A DNA stretch of 64,000 nucleotides. Origin: Mobula hypostoma (taxonomy: Eukaryota). The notes beneath the pieces are model-generated. The model was not told where the DNA came from and searched no databases. It saw only the letters and a program-made list of their open reading frames with translations. The stretch covers positions 150,104,001-150,168,000 of the forward strand of contig NC_086097.1 in NCBI RefSeq assembly GCF_963921235.1, written 5' to 3'. The position numbers and the translations under genes were made by a program. How positions within the stretch are numbered: position 1 is the first letter of the stretch; each line of letters begins with the position of its first letter. Positions 51,679 to 62,001 of the stretch are shown in pieces.

Positions 51679-52439
51679 AATTGAAATAAATGCCAACATT
51701 GCAAGGGGAATAGAATATATAAAAGATAAGATAATGCTGAAGCTTTAAGACACCAGTCAGGCAGTGCTTGGATTATTGTCGACAGTTTTAGGCCGCCTAT
51801 CTCAGAAAGGATGTATTGTCATTGGAGAGAGTCCAGAGGAGGGTCTCAGGGCTAATTCTGGAAATGAAGTGGTTAACCCCTGAGGAGCATTTGGCAGCTT
51901 TGGGCCCGTACTCACTGGAATTTAGAAGAATGATTGGGAATCTCATTGAAAACTACTAAATGCTGAAAGGACTAGATAAGATGGATGTGGAGAGGCTGTT
52001 TCCTATGGTGGGGCTGTCCAGAACTAGAGGGTACAGCCTCAAAATTGAGGGGTGATCTTTTAGAACAGAAGGAGGAACTTTTTTTTGCCAAAGAGTGGTG
52101 AATCTGTGGAATGCTCTGCCACAGACGCAATGGAGGCCAAGTCTGTGGGTATATTCAAAGCAGAAGTTTTATAGATTCCAGATTGGTCAGGACGTCAAGG
52201 GATCTGGTGAGAGGGCAGGTGTAAATCCAGATCTTGGATCAGCTATGATGAAATGCTGGAGAGCACTCAATGGGCTGAATGGCCTAATTCTGCTCCTATG
52301 TCTTATGGTCTTCTGAATGGCCTATGAACACCACCTTACTATTGTGCTGTTTTTGTACTGGTTATTTCTGTATAATTTTGTAATTTGTTTATTATGCTGC
52401 TGCAAAACAACAAATGTCATGGTCTCTGTCGGTGATAGT

Positions 52440-53029
52440 TAGACATCCCACCCTGCAAAAACTCATTTCAGGGAGGTAGCACCATCAATTTGCTAGAGAC
52501 TTCTGGGAGAGGTGGGATGTCTGCAATAGAGTAGCTCCTTAGCAGCCAGCCAGCTAGTTTAAATAACGTTAGCTATGCTGATGAACGAATGACACCTGTT
52601 AAACTCACCTCAGCATGTCTTTTACAGTCTTAACCCACCATGGGCAATAGAAAAGTCACTGTTGCAAACAGTGCAGCGAGCAACACTCATTATTTTGACC
52701 CCTGTTAGGCAGGGGTACACTTTAGTGTAGTCTGGGGTGACGTACGTTTCATATATTTTTTGGAATACTCTGCCATGGCGGGCTCTCGCTCTCGCTCGCG
52801 CTCTCTTTCTTGTGGTTGCTTGTGCGCTCTCAAGTGCTCCTGCTTGCTTTCACTCCCGCTTTCTCTCTGTCTTGGCACGCACGCTCTCGCTCGCGCGCGC
52901 CCTCTGTTGCTTTCTCTCGCTCTCCAAAAAAATTGATTTCTGTGATATTGTATATAATTTGCGGGCATCAGGAAGCCACTATTAATATGCGGGAGACTCC
53001 CGGAACTTCCGGGAGAGGTGGGATATCTG
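52440..53029. mobile_element. Non-autonomous DNA transposon (hAT-like MITE) with apparent 6-bp TSD
   Basis: TIRs TAGACATCCCACC / GGTGGGATATCTG; flanks GATAGT / GGTAGT; CpG-rich (CTCG)-type interior. Confidence 0.75.
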
Positions 53030-53089
53030 GGTAGTAAACCTGATTCTGAATGTTGCCTTAGCTGAACGATTTCAGCATTGCTGCAAGGA

Positions 53090-54200
53090 GAAGTGTTAGA
53101 TCTGCCCATTCACCACCTCCTTACCCTTATTCAGGGCTCCAAAAGTCCTTTCCATTGAGGCAACACTTCATCTGTACATCTGTTGGAGTTGTCTACTATA
53201 TCCATGTTCCTGATGTAGATTGGGGGGCTGCTTTGTTGAGTGCCTTTGCTTCATCCACAAAAAGCAAAATTTCCCAGTGGCCAGCCATTTCATTTCCAGT
53301 CCCCATTCCCATTCTGACGTTGGTCTTGGCCACCTCAATGGCCACGATAAGGCCACTCTCAGGTGAGAGGAGAAACATATGAGATGTATGTAATTATTAT
53401 TGATGTGGACTTTAGCTTATATTGGTCTCCAGTTTTCTTGTTGCTGATTAGCGAATGAGCAGTCTGTTTTTTGGGTGAGGGAGGGGTTCTCTGTTTGATG
53501 TTACTGTTGCTGTTTTTGTTTGAGGCGCTTAGGGGTTAGAGCTTTGATGTTTTGGCTGCTGGGTCTGGGTGGGCAATCTGTTAGTTTTTGTGTGCAACTG
53601 AGTTTGGGGTTTGTGAATCTTGTTTCTTTTTACTTTGTGTGGGAGAGGGACCTCACAACTTCCATGGTTTCTCTGTATTTCATGGCGATCTGAAGAGGAC
53701 ATCTCAGTTGTATTCTGTGTGCATACTTTGATAATAAAATGAACCTTTGCAACACCTCATACTCTGGGTAGCCTCCAACCTGTTGGCATGAGCATTGATT
53801 TCTCGAACATCCTTCCCTTCCCTCATCAATTCTGCACTCTTACTACTTGCCATTTCTCTTCTCACATTTCTATCTTCACTCCTGATGCTCCCCTCTCTCC
53901 CATGGTTCACTCTCCTATTAGATTCCTTCTTCTCTAGCCCTTAACTTTTCCACCTATCACCTCCCAGCTTCTTACTACTTCTCCCCCTTTCCCCACCCAC
54001 CTGGCTTCACCTATCACCTTGTATTCCTTCCTCTCCCATCCTATTCTGGTTTCTCCCCTGCCCCCCCCCGCTTCCTTTTCAGTCATGCAGGAGGGTCTCA
54101 ACCCAAAATCTCAACTGTTTATTCCTCTTCCTAGATGATGCCTGAGATTTTGGGTGTTGCTTTGGATTTTCAGCATATACAGAATTTCTCGTGTTTATAT
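53090..54200 (+). mobile_element. Decayed Penelope-like element, interrupted at about 53380-53745
   Basis: RQHFICTSVGVVYYI and caacacctcatactctgggtagcctccaacc; eroded terminus. Confidence 0.75.
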
Positions 54201-55639
54201 TTCATAATTTTCTGTTTTTTTGTTTGCTGTGGATGGTTCCTTTAGCATGTTTGTGTGTGTCATACTAAACTGAAAAACAGAATTTATCAAAAATCTTTTC
54301 TCCCAAAATAAAACTAAGATTACAAAGTGAAGTGTTTTTTGGACTTAATTGATTGGTGCTGTCATTTATCCTTCATTCCTTAAATGTTCAAATCTTCAAA
54401 CTGCATTAATCCTCTCATTTCCCTATGCAGGAGGTTCCTGCAGGGTTGAGTAGTAAGAAGTTTGATAGGCTGAGGCTTGCCATCTTGGGGCAAGAGGTAG
54501 GGGAGCGTGACATTGTAGATATCTACAAGTCATGAGGTGCCGGTATTGTAGACATACTTACCCTTTTATACTCTATTGTCGCCAAACAATTGATACTAGA
54601 GGGTACAATCATCACAGCGATATTTGATTCTGTGCTTCGCACTCCCTGGAGTACAAATCGATAGTAAATAATAAAAAGTTAAATTATAAATCATAAATAG
54701 AAAATAGAAAAGGGAAAGTAAGGTAGTGCAAAAAAACCGAGAGGCAGGTCCGGATATTTGGAGGTTACGGCCCAGATCCGGGTTAGGATCCGTTCAGCAG
54801 TCTAAACACAGTTGGAAAGAAGCTGTTCCCAAATCTGGCCGTAATTTTGAGGTGTGAAGAGAAGTACTTAATACAAGTTGCATTAAACATTGACTAGTTG
54901 GAGTTTATTTTAAAAGCCGCCTGCACTAATGCTTGCATAACAACTTCCAATGTTCCCTCTGTAAAAGGAAGCCACAGCTTAATCCCTTTCAGGCCATGCC
55001 AATGAGGAAACGAGAATTTATAATTCTGTGAATTTTTTTTCTGTCCTTGGTCCATACACACATTTACCATACTCTAACTTTTGTATATAATCATTTGCTA
55101 CTTGAGTCATGGAATGATTTTTTAAAAAGTTAATGGGTAACCAGTAATGTGCAAATCATGATTAGTGTGAAATAAAACAATATTTTTCACTCTTACCACA
55201 CAAATGAAAAATTAGTTGTCTGAAGAATTTTAATCCGCTCGTGAGTGTGCTAGACTTGGGTTAGCTAAATTTTAAGGGGTCCCATTCCCGTGTTGCAGTC
55301 CCAGGAATTACCTATTTATAATCACCTAGTTTGGTGCAGGATCCACTGGTTTGCTCCAGGAAAATTCATGGGGATTGACAATGTCCTTTCTGTAACTGAG
55401 ATACAAGGGATTTTTCAGAGCGACAGTGTTTCTCTGTGGAGTAGAGGGAGGTGGTGGTGGGTGGGAGACTGTGTCAGTTAAAGCAAAGGTTCTGAGAAAA
55501 TTCCGCATCAATACTGAGTGTTGCATTGTTAACAATACTTGAGATGTTTGAGGTCCATCTGCCTCTGGATGCAAGTGAGGCAACTAGTTCAGAGCCTCAG
55601 TAAATCATCTCTACCTACACTGTCTGTGTTATGCGTTAA

Positions 55640-55768
55640 TTGACTGTTACATTTCCTATGGCACATAAAGAATGGTTGCACTTCAAAAAGATGTAATTGG
55701 CTGTAAAGAGCTTCGGGATGACCTGGGGCTATGAGAGGTGTTCTATAAATTCAAGTCTTTCATTCTTT
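55640..55768 (+). mobile_element. Deu-SINE (SacSINE1/AmnSINE1-like) 3' tail remnant
   Basis: cacttcaaaaag..aattggctgtaaagagcttcgggatg...tataaattcaagtctttc matches the tail consensus I recall for this family. Confidence 0.7.
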
Positions 55769-55894
55769 TTCACACAGATTACCAGAATTCTGAAACCTCT
55801 TCTCACTTCAACCCCCTGCTCTCACGGAAAGCCATCTTTGTTTTCAAGGCAATTTAATTTTGAATTTTTTTAAGAATGGTATCTTGTGTAGTTT

Positions 55895-55975
55895 CAAACA
55901 AGAGAAAATCTTCAGTTGCTGGAAATCCAAGATGCACACACAAAATGCTGAGTTCCTCCAGCATTTTGTGTGTGC
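55895..55975. mobile_element. 81-bp miniature inverted Penelope-like insertion with 12-bp TSD
   Basis: CTTGTGTAGTTT at 55883-55894 and 55976-55987; 17-bp hairpin GCACACACAAAATGCTG / CAGCATTTTGTGTGTGC. Confidence 0.85.
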
Positions 55976-56428
55976 CTTGTGTAGTTTTGTTTGTAACATG
56001 TACTACATGTTTTGATAATTTACTTAGAATTGACTATATTTCTAAATAGTAAAGAATTAATCACTAAACATGCCAGGCTCCTCTGCATATATAATAGTCA
56101 GAATTGTGTTTCATATCCCTGACACGTTGTGAAACTTGTAGTTTTGCTGCAGCAGTACAGTGCAATATATTAAAAAATGCTAAATTACAATAAGAAATAT
56201 TTTAAAATTAATTAGTAGTCATAGAATCATTGAGCATGTTTAGTGATTAGCACAGTAACCAGCCTTTCAGTCTTCATTAACAATACTACCTGTTATACCC
56301 ACCTATAACAATCTTACTGACTCGCATTGGATCCGTAGCCTTCCTTGCTGATTCAGATGTTTGCTTAAACTTGTTAAATGCTGTGAGACAATTTGCAGCT
56401 CAAATTTCTCCTCGGATTCCTTCTAAAC

Positions 56429-56507
56429 CAGGGGTTCCCAACCTGCTTTACGCCTTGGACCGCTGCCATTACTGAGGGGCCCGTTCACCCCTGGTTGGGC
56501 ACCCCTG
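56429..56507. mobile_element. hAT-Charlie-type MITE (79 bp) with 8-bp TSD
   Basis: CAGGGGTTCCCAACC / GGTTGGGCACCCCTG; flanks TTCTAAAC / CTCTAAAC. Confidence 0.85.
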
Positions 56508-57278
56508 CTCTAAACGTGACCTCTCACGTTAAGCCCATGCCACCCCATGCGTGTGATGGTAGGCAGGGATATACTGCAGACTTCGACTCTCTGTGCCATA
56601 TGCCTTCCTCGTAATTTTTGATACCTCTATTAGACCATCCCTTGGCCTCTGCATTCCAGGAAAGCAAAACAAAACCTCTTCTATCCAGTCTCCTTCTAAC
56701 TGAAGTGCTACATTCCAGGCAAAGTCTCAATGACTGAAGCCTCGGGTAAGTCTGTTTTGAGTTGGAGCACTGAACTACTGAGTTCCTCCAGCATTTTGTG
56801 TGTTGCTGTGTGTTTCCAGCATCTGCAGATGTTCTCATGTTTGTTGCCCTAACCAGGTCTCTTACCAAATATCAGGGTATGTATCTTGTAGGCTCGGAGA
56901 TGCAAGAGACGACAAATGTCAGAACCTGGAACAAAAACAAGCTGTTGGAGGAACTCAACATATTCAGCAGAATCTTTGTGGGTGGCGGGTAAGAATTGTC
57001 AGTGTTTTGGGTCAAGACCCAACACCCTGACTGAAAGTGCACATTTGTGAAACAATTATTCCACCACACCCACCCCTCTTAACCCCAACAGATGCTGCTT
57101 GATTTAGTGAGTTCCTTCTGCAATTGTAGTCTTGTTCTTTAATCTGCCTCATCCCTATTGGGGTCATTGTGCTTTCCTTTCTCTGCCACTGATCACCTTG
57201 TCCTTCCGTCCCCAATTTGCAATACTTGGCCATTTTCCATTCTTTCTGAAATTGTTGGTAGAACATAGAAAATATATT

Positions 57279-57763
57279 CACTAAGTGGCCACTTTATTTG
57301 GCATGCCTGTACAGCTGCTTGTTAATGCAAATATCCAATCGTCCCCTCATGTGGTAGCAAGTCAATGGATGCAGATGTGGTCAAGAGGCTCAGTTCTTGT
57401 TCAGACCAAACATCTGAATGGATTTAAAATGCGATATATGGGACTTTGAGCATGGATTGATTGACTGTTGGTGTCAGTCAGGGTAGTTTCAGTGTCTCAA
57501 ACTGCTGACCACCTGGGAATTTCATGCACAATACAGTTTACAGAGAATGGTATAAAAAACACATTCGGAGACTGGTTCAAGCCTATAAGAAGGCAACAGT
57601 AATTTAAATAACTAAGCATTGCAACAGTAGTGTGCAGAAGAGCATCTCTGAATGCACAGCATGTTAAGCCTTGAGGGGATAGACTACAGCAATGGAAGAC
57701 CATGAAAATATATTGTCTACCTTATTAGGTACAGGACATAACTAATAAAGGGGCCACCAAGTG
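57279..57763. mobile_element. Non-autonomous Tc1-like element
   Basis: TIRs CACTAAGTGGCCACTTTATT / AATAAAGGGGCCACCAAGTG followed by TA; eroded transposase N-terminal-like interior. Confidence 0.75.
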
Positions 57764-58864
57764 TACATGTATGCAATTCTGCACATATATGCACTGTTGA
57801 ATGTTATGTCCTGCAAGTGCTGCAGGCACACACTACCTCCTAAACAGAACTGCTTAATTGATGTTTCTTGGGTTTATTAGTATTCCAAGTTTGTGTCAAA
57901 TGTCTGGGTTCCCATGTCTGATTTTAACAGTGTGCTGAAAATGCTGTTAGGCAGGAAATGTAGATTTTCATCTGGCAATAATTGTAATATCAAACTGCTT
58001 TGCGAATTTTTTTCCTGAGCCAAGAACTGGGTGTTGACTGCCAACATGAAATCCATCTTTGTTTGGAAACGAAATAGTACACCCTAAGTGGTGTACGTAC
58101 TTTTTCTGAAGTTGGTATGACTTAATCCACTGAAGTAATCAATAAAGTCCTTTAGAAGCTTGAATGTTGTATAGTGAAATGAACAAAAATAACACAACAG
58201 CATTATTCAGCACGGTTGTCTGTAGGTGGAGCCAAAGTAAATGGGTGACATTTTTAATGAGAATTTTTCTTCAATTTTTACTGTGGGGGAGGGAATAATG
58301 GAAGCTAATGAAAAAAGGAAATGAATGTTTTCTTGGATCACACAAATTAGCAGAGTGGATGTATTGGAGACTTGTGCAACCAGGTGACTGTTGAAGATCA
58401 TATTTTTCTTGTTCACTTGTGTATTCACCTTGGTAATGCTAAAATAGCTGTCTGTGCCTTTAAGAGAAAATGCTGATGTCATTTTGCATGGGTGGAGTAG
58501 AATAAAGAGCTGCCATGTTCTAGAAAGGACGACATTCGAATGCTTTTCCCAGGTTTGGTGAGGACAGATTTTCGGGAGTAAAATTGATCGACACTGGAAT
58601 AGTGTGATTGTGAAGTTCCTTAATCAGCCTACTAGTGTGAGCGAGGAGAACTCCTTTCAATGTCTAGCCTGCGTGTGTTTGGAAGTTAAGCACATGTGCC
58701 AAATAATTGCCACTACCATATTGGATTTGTACGTATATTTTGTTTTAGTTGCATACATAATAAGGGTGTGGTTCAAAGTTAAACTGTGATCGTAATAGCG
58801 GGCAACACACATCAAAGTTGCTGGTGAACGCAGCAGGCCAGGCAGCATCTATAGGAAGAGGCGC

Positions 58865-58900
58865 AGTCGACGTTTCCGGCCGAGACCCTTCGTCAGGACT
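58865..58900 (-). ncRNA. Minimal hammerhead ribozyme motif (left arm of palindrome)
   Basis: Reverse complement of 58985-59020. Confidence 0.7.
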
Positions 58901-58984
58901 AACTGAAGGAAGAGTGAGTAAGGGATTTGAAAGCTGGAGGGGCTCCTCCAGCTTTCAAATCCCTTACTCACTCTTCCTTCAGTT

Positions 58985-59020
58985 AGTCCTGACGAAGGGT
59001 CTCGGCCGGAAACGTCGACT
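58985..59020 (+). ncRNA. Minimal hammerhead ribozyme motif (right arm of palindrome)
   Basis: AGTC-CTGACGA-AGGGTCTCGGCCG-GAAA-CG-TC^GACT; core intact, mismatch at the base of helix II. Confidence 0.7.
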
Positions 59021-59294
59021 GCGCCTCTTCCTATAGATGCTGCCTGGCCTGCTGCGTTCACCAGCAACTTTGATGTGTGTTGCTTGAATTTCCAGCATCT
59101 GCAGAATTCCTGTTGTTATCGTAATAGCGGGAACTGTTTTTTTAACTTGCCCTTTTTATCTTGACACCCTCTTCCTGCAATAAACAGACAAAGGAATTTA
59201 AGACCTGAAAAAGTATTTGTTGTCTTGCATGTGTGTTTTTCCCGAGGCTACATATATGAAGATGGATCAAACAACGTGGCCTGACCTGGTGCAT

Positions 59295-61020
59295 CAGTCA
59301 TAGACAAGTACAGTGCAGGAACAGGCCCTTTGTCACAGCTAGTCTGTACCAAACCATTTAGATTGTCTACTCCCTTCAACCTGCACCAGAACCATAGCTC
59401 TCTATACCCTACCACCCATGCACTTATCCAAACTTCTCTCAAACGTGGAAATCGAGCTTGCTTGCAGTACTTGTGCTGACAGCTGATTCCACACTCTCGT
59501 GACCCTTTGAGTGAAGAAGCTTCTGCCACTTAAGCTTTTCACCTTCCACCCTCAACCCATGACCTCTGGTTTCAAATATTTAAACTACATTTATCATCAC
59601 AAAGTATGTATAAATTATACAGCATTGATTTGTCTGCTTACGGGCAGCCATCCCACAAGAAACCTGAAAGAATCCAATTTTAAAAAAAACACCCAATGCA
59701 CAGAGAATGGAAAAAAACACAAATCGTGCAAACAATAGAAGACAGCAATAGCATTCCAAACCAAATTGAGTCCTTGGATCCAAATCCCCAAGCAGGCCCA
59801 AAGCCTCGGACTCAATTCATCATATTAGTGGGGCAGTATTCTGCAAAGCTCACAGACATGAAGCACAGCAGCCAGGGCAGTCTCGCAGCCTCAGTGCGAA
59901 ATCAGCCTGACCCTTGCCTCAGTGTGTCTTGCCTGATATTGCTGAGACCAAATTTGGAGTATTGTGTGCAGGCAACGACACACTGCAACAGCAGGTTGTG
60001 CCCTGCATTAGGACTGGGTCCCTGCCTCAGCCTTAAGCTCTGGGCCTAGACCTTGCCGCCTGACCTGAAGCAGTTCCCAAGCTCTCCTAATCGACTTGGT
60101 GCTTAGAACGATCCAACCTCACACCCAGTTAGTTGGAGGGGCATGGAAACTCATCTGCCTTGACACTTCTCCAAATCGCTCACTCTAACTCCATCTGCAA
60201 ACCCATCCTGAACACGTTGCACTTCAGTTTTGTAACACCACCACCACAGCTCATCCCTCCAATCAGACCCAGCAACCTCTTGTAAATTTTCTCTGCAATC
60301 TTCCAACCTTATTCACAACTTTCCTGCAGGCAGATGACCAAACTGCACACAATACTCCAAATTTGGCCTCAGCAATGTCTTAAACTTCAACATAACATCC
60401 CATCTTGTATGCTCACAGTTTGATTTGTGCAGGCAAATGTGCCAAACGCTTTCTTTACAACCCTATCTACCTGAGATGCTACTTTCAATGAATTATGGAT
60501 CTGTATTCCTATATCACTTTGTTCTTCCACATCCTCAGTGCCCTATCATTTACTGTGTAAGACCTACCCTGGTTGGTCCTTCCAAAGTGCAAAGTCTCGC
60601 ACTTGTCTGCGTTAAATTCCATCTGCCGTTCTCCAGCCTATTTACCCATCTGCTCCGGATCCTGCTACAAGCCTTGATAACGTTCCTCAGTGTCCACTAC
60701 AATACCAATTGTGTCATCTGCAAATTTGCTGATCCAGTCAACCAGATTATCATCCAGGTCGTTGATATAGTTGACAAACAACAACAGACACAGCACTGAT
60801 CCCCACTGTGCTCCACTAGTCGCAGGCCTCTACTGCCACTCTCTTGCTTCTCCCACAAAGCCAATGTCTAATCCAATTTACTATCTTGAATGCTGAGTGA
60901 CTGAACCTTCTTGACAAACCTCCATGTGGGACCTTGCTAAAGTCCATGTAGACAATGACGCCTTCATCAACTTTCCTGGTAACTTCCTCAAAAAACATTC
61001 GGATTGGATGGACATGACCT
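59295..61020 (-). mobile_element. Decayed CR1 (about 59295-59570 and 60270-61020) split by another LINE-like tail
   Basis: FFEEVTRKVDEG..VYMDFSKVPH; tgcaaatttgctgatcc (ISKFA); 3' tail near 59300. Confidence 0.75.
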
Positions 61021-61067
61021 GGTTAGCTATGAAAATTTGCAGGGACTCAGCTAGCCATGTGGATTGA

Positions 61068-61163
61068 CTGTACTTTTTTTCATAGATGCTACCTGGCCTG
61101 CTGAGTTCCTCCAGCATTTTGTATGTGTTGCTCAGATTTCCAGCATCTGCAGACTTTCTCTTG
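61068..61163 (+). mobile_element. 96-bp PLE terminal fragment with 12-bp TSD
   Basis: CATGTGGATTGA at 61056-61067 and 61164-61175. Confidence 0.85.
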
Positions 61164-62001
61164 CATGTGGATTGAGGACTGGCAAATGGTTTTTTTATTC
61201 GAATAAATGCGTTGTATTTTGTATGCCAAAGTATTGCATTGTGGGTACAGCTTGTTTAGCAAGTGATAGGGCCCCTGAGGAGTGTTGTGGAACAGAGGGA
61301 CCTATGAGAGCAAGAGCATGGCTCAGTGACAGTGGTGTCACAGGTAGATAGGGTGGTGAATAAGGGTTTTGGCATGCTGGCTTTCATCAGTCATAAGGCT
61401 AAGTATATGAGCTAGAAAAAATGCAGTAATGACTTACCAAGATGTTGACTGAACTTGACAGCCTGAGTTGCACAGGTTTGATTAATTTAAGACTTTATTT
61501 CCTGGAGGTAGAGAATAAAGGGTGACATGATAAAAGGCCACAGACAAGGCAACATTACATACAGTAGTCTTCCTCCTGGGGGGGGGGTGGTAATTAAAAA
61601 TGAGGGCATGGATTTAAGAGCAGAGACAAGAGATTCATTTAAAAAAAAAGAACATTAGGAGCTGCTGCTTCATGCAATAAATTATTCCTTTTTTCTTTTG
61701 AGCTGCCAGGAATAGTGGTTGAGACAAATAGCAACATTTAAAAGCAATAACCCTATGTATCCTCTTGCAGTCCTATGCATTGTTAGTGAATGACGCATAT
61801 TCTTCAGTACACAAGAACGAGTAGCATATGAAAAAATTTTGTACCATTGTACCTGTTGCACTGTTGAATCATTAGGTTCCACATGAAAGGTTTGACTAGG
61901 TCACTTCGGTGATTAAACTATAAATATTCAGCACCTTCTATGGTAAACTGAAACAACTGGGTCAATATGTGGCTTCAAAGCCAAATATTTATCTTCACTT
62001 T

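Larger units (their letters stand above)
46850..52312 (+). mobile_element. Near full-length but decayed CR1 LINE (5' UTR, ORF1 zinc finger + esterase, ORF2) with several nested inserts
   Basis: CSGCQM zinc knuckle; FPGARV...VHIGIND (SGNH esterase-like); eroded APE/RT from about 48880; TCTTATGG tail at about 52300. Confidence 0.85.
58803..59117. mobile_element. Palindromic Penelope-like insertion with perfect 14-bp TSD
   Basis: Arms 58802-58940 and 58945-59083 are exact reverse complements; extra 34-nt tail on the right; ATCGTAATAGCGGG at 58789-58802 and 59118-59131. Confidence 0.95.

Noticed and set aside
55760..55875. Acceptor-like site as foxh1 exon 3
   Set aside because: The phase-0 frame (ITRILKPL...) has no forkhead similarity and closes quickly; the pyrimidine tract is a SINE tail.
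58818..59067. Two near-identical 72-aa ORFs on opposite strands
   Set aside because: A by-product of the DNA palindrome in non-coding PLE ends.
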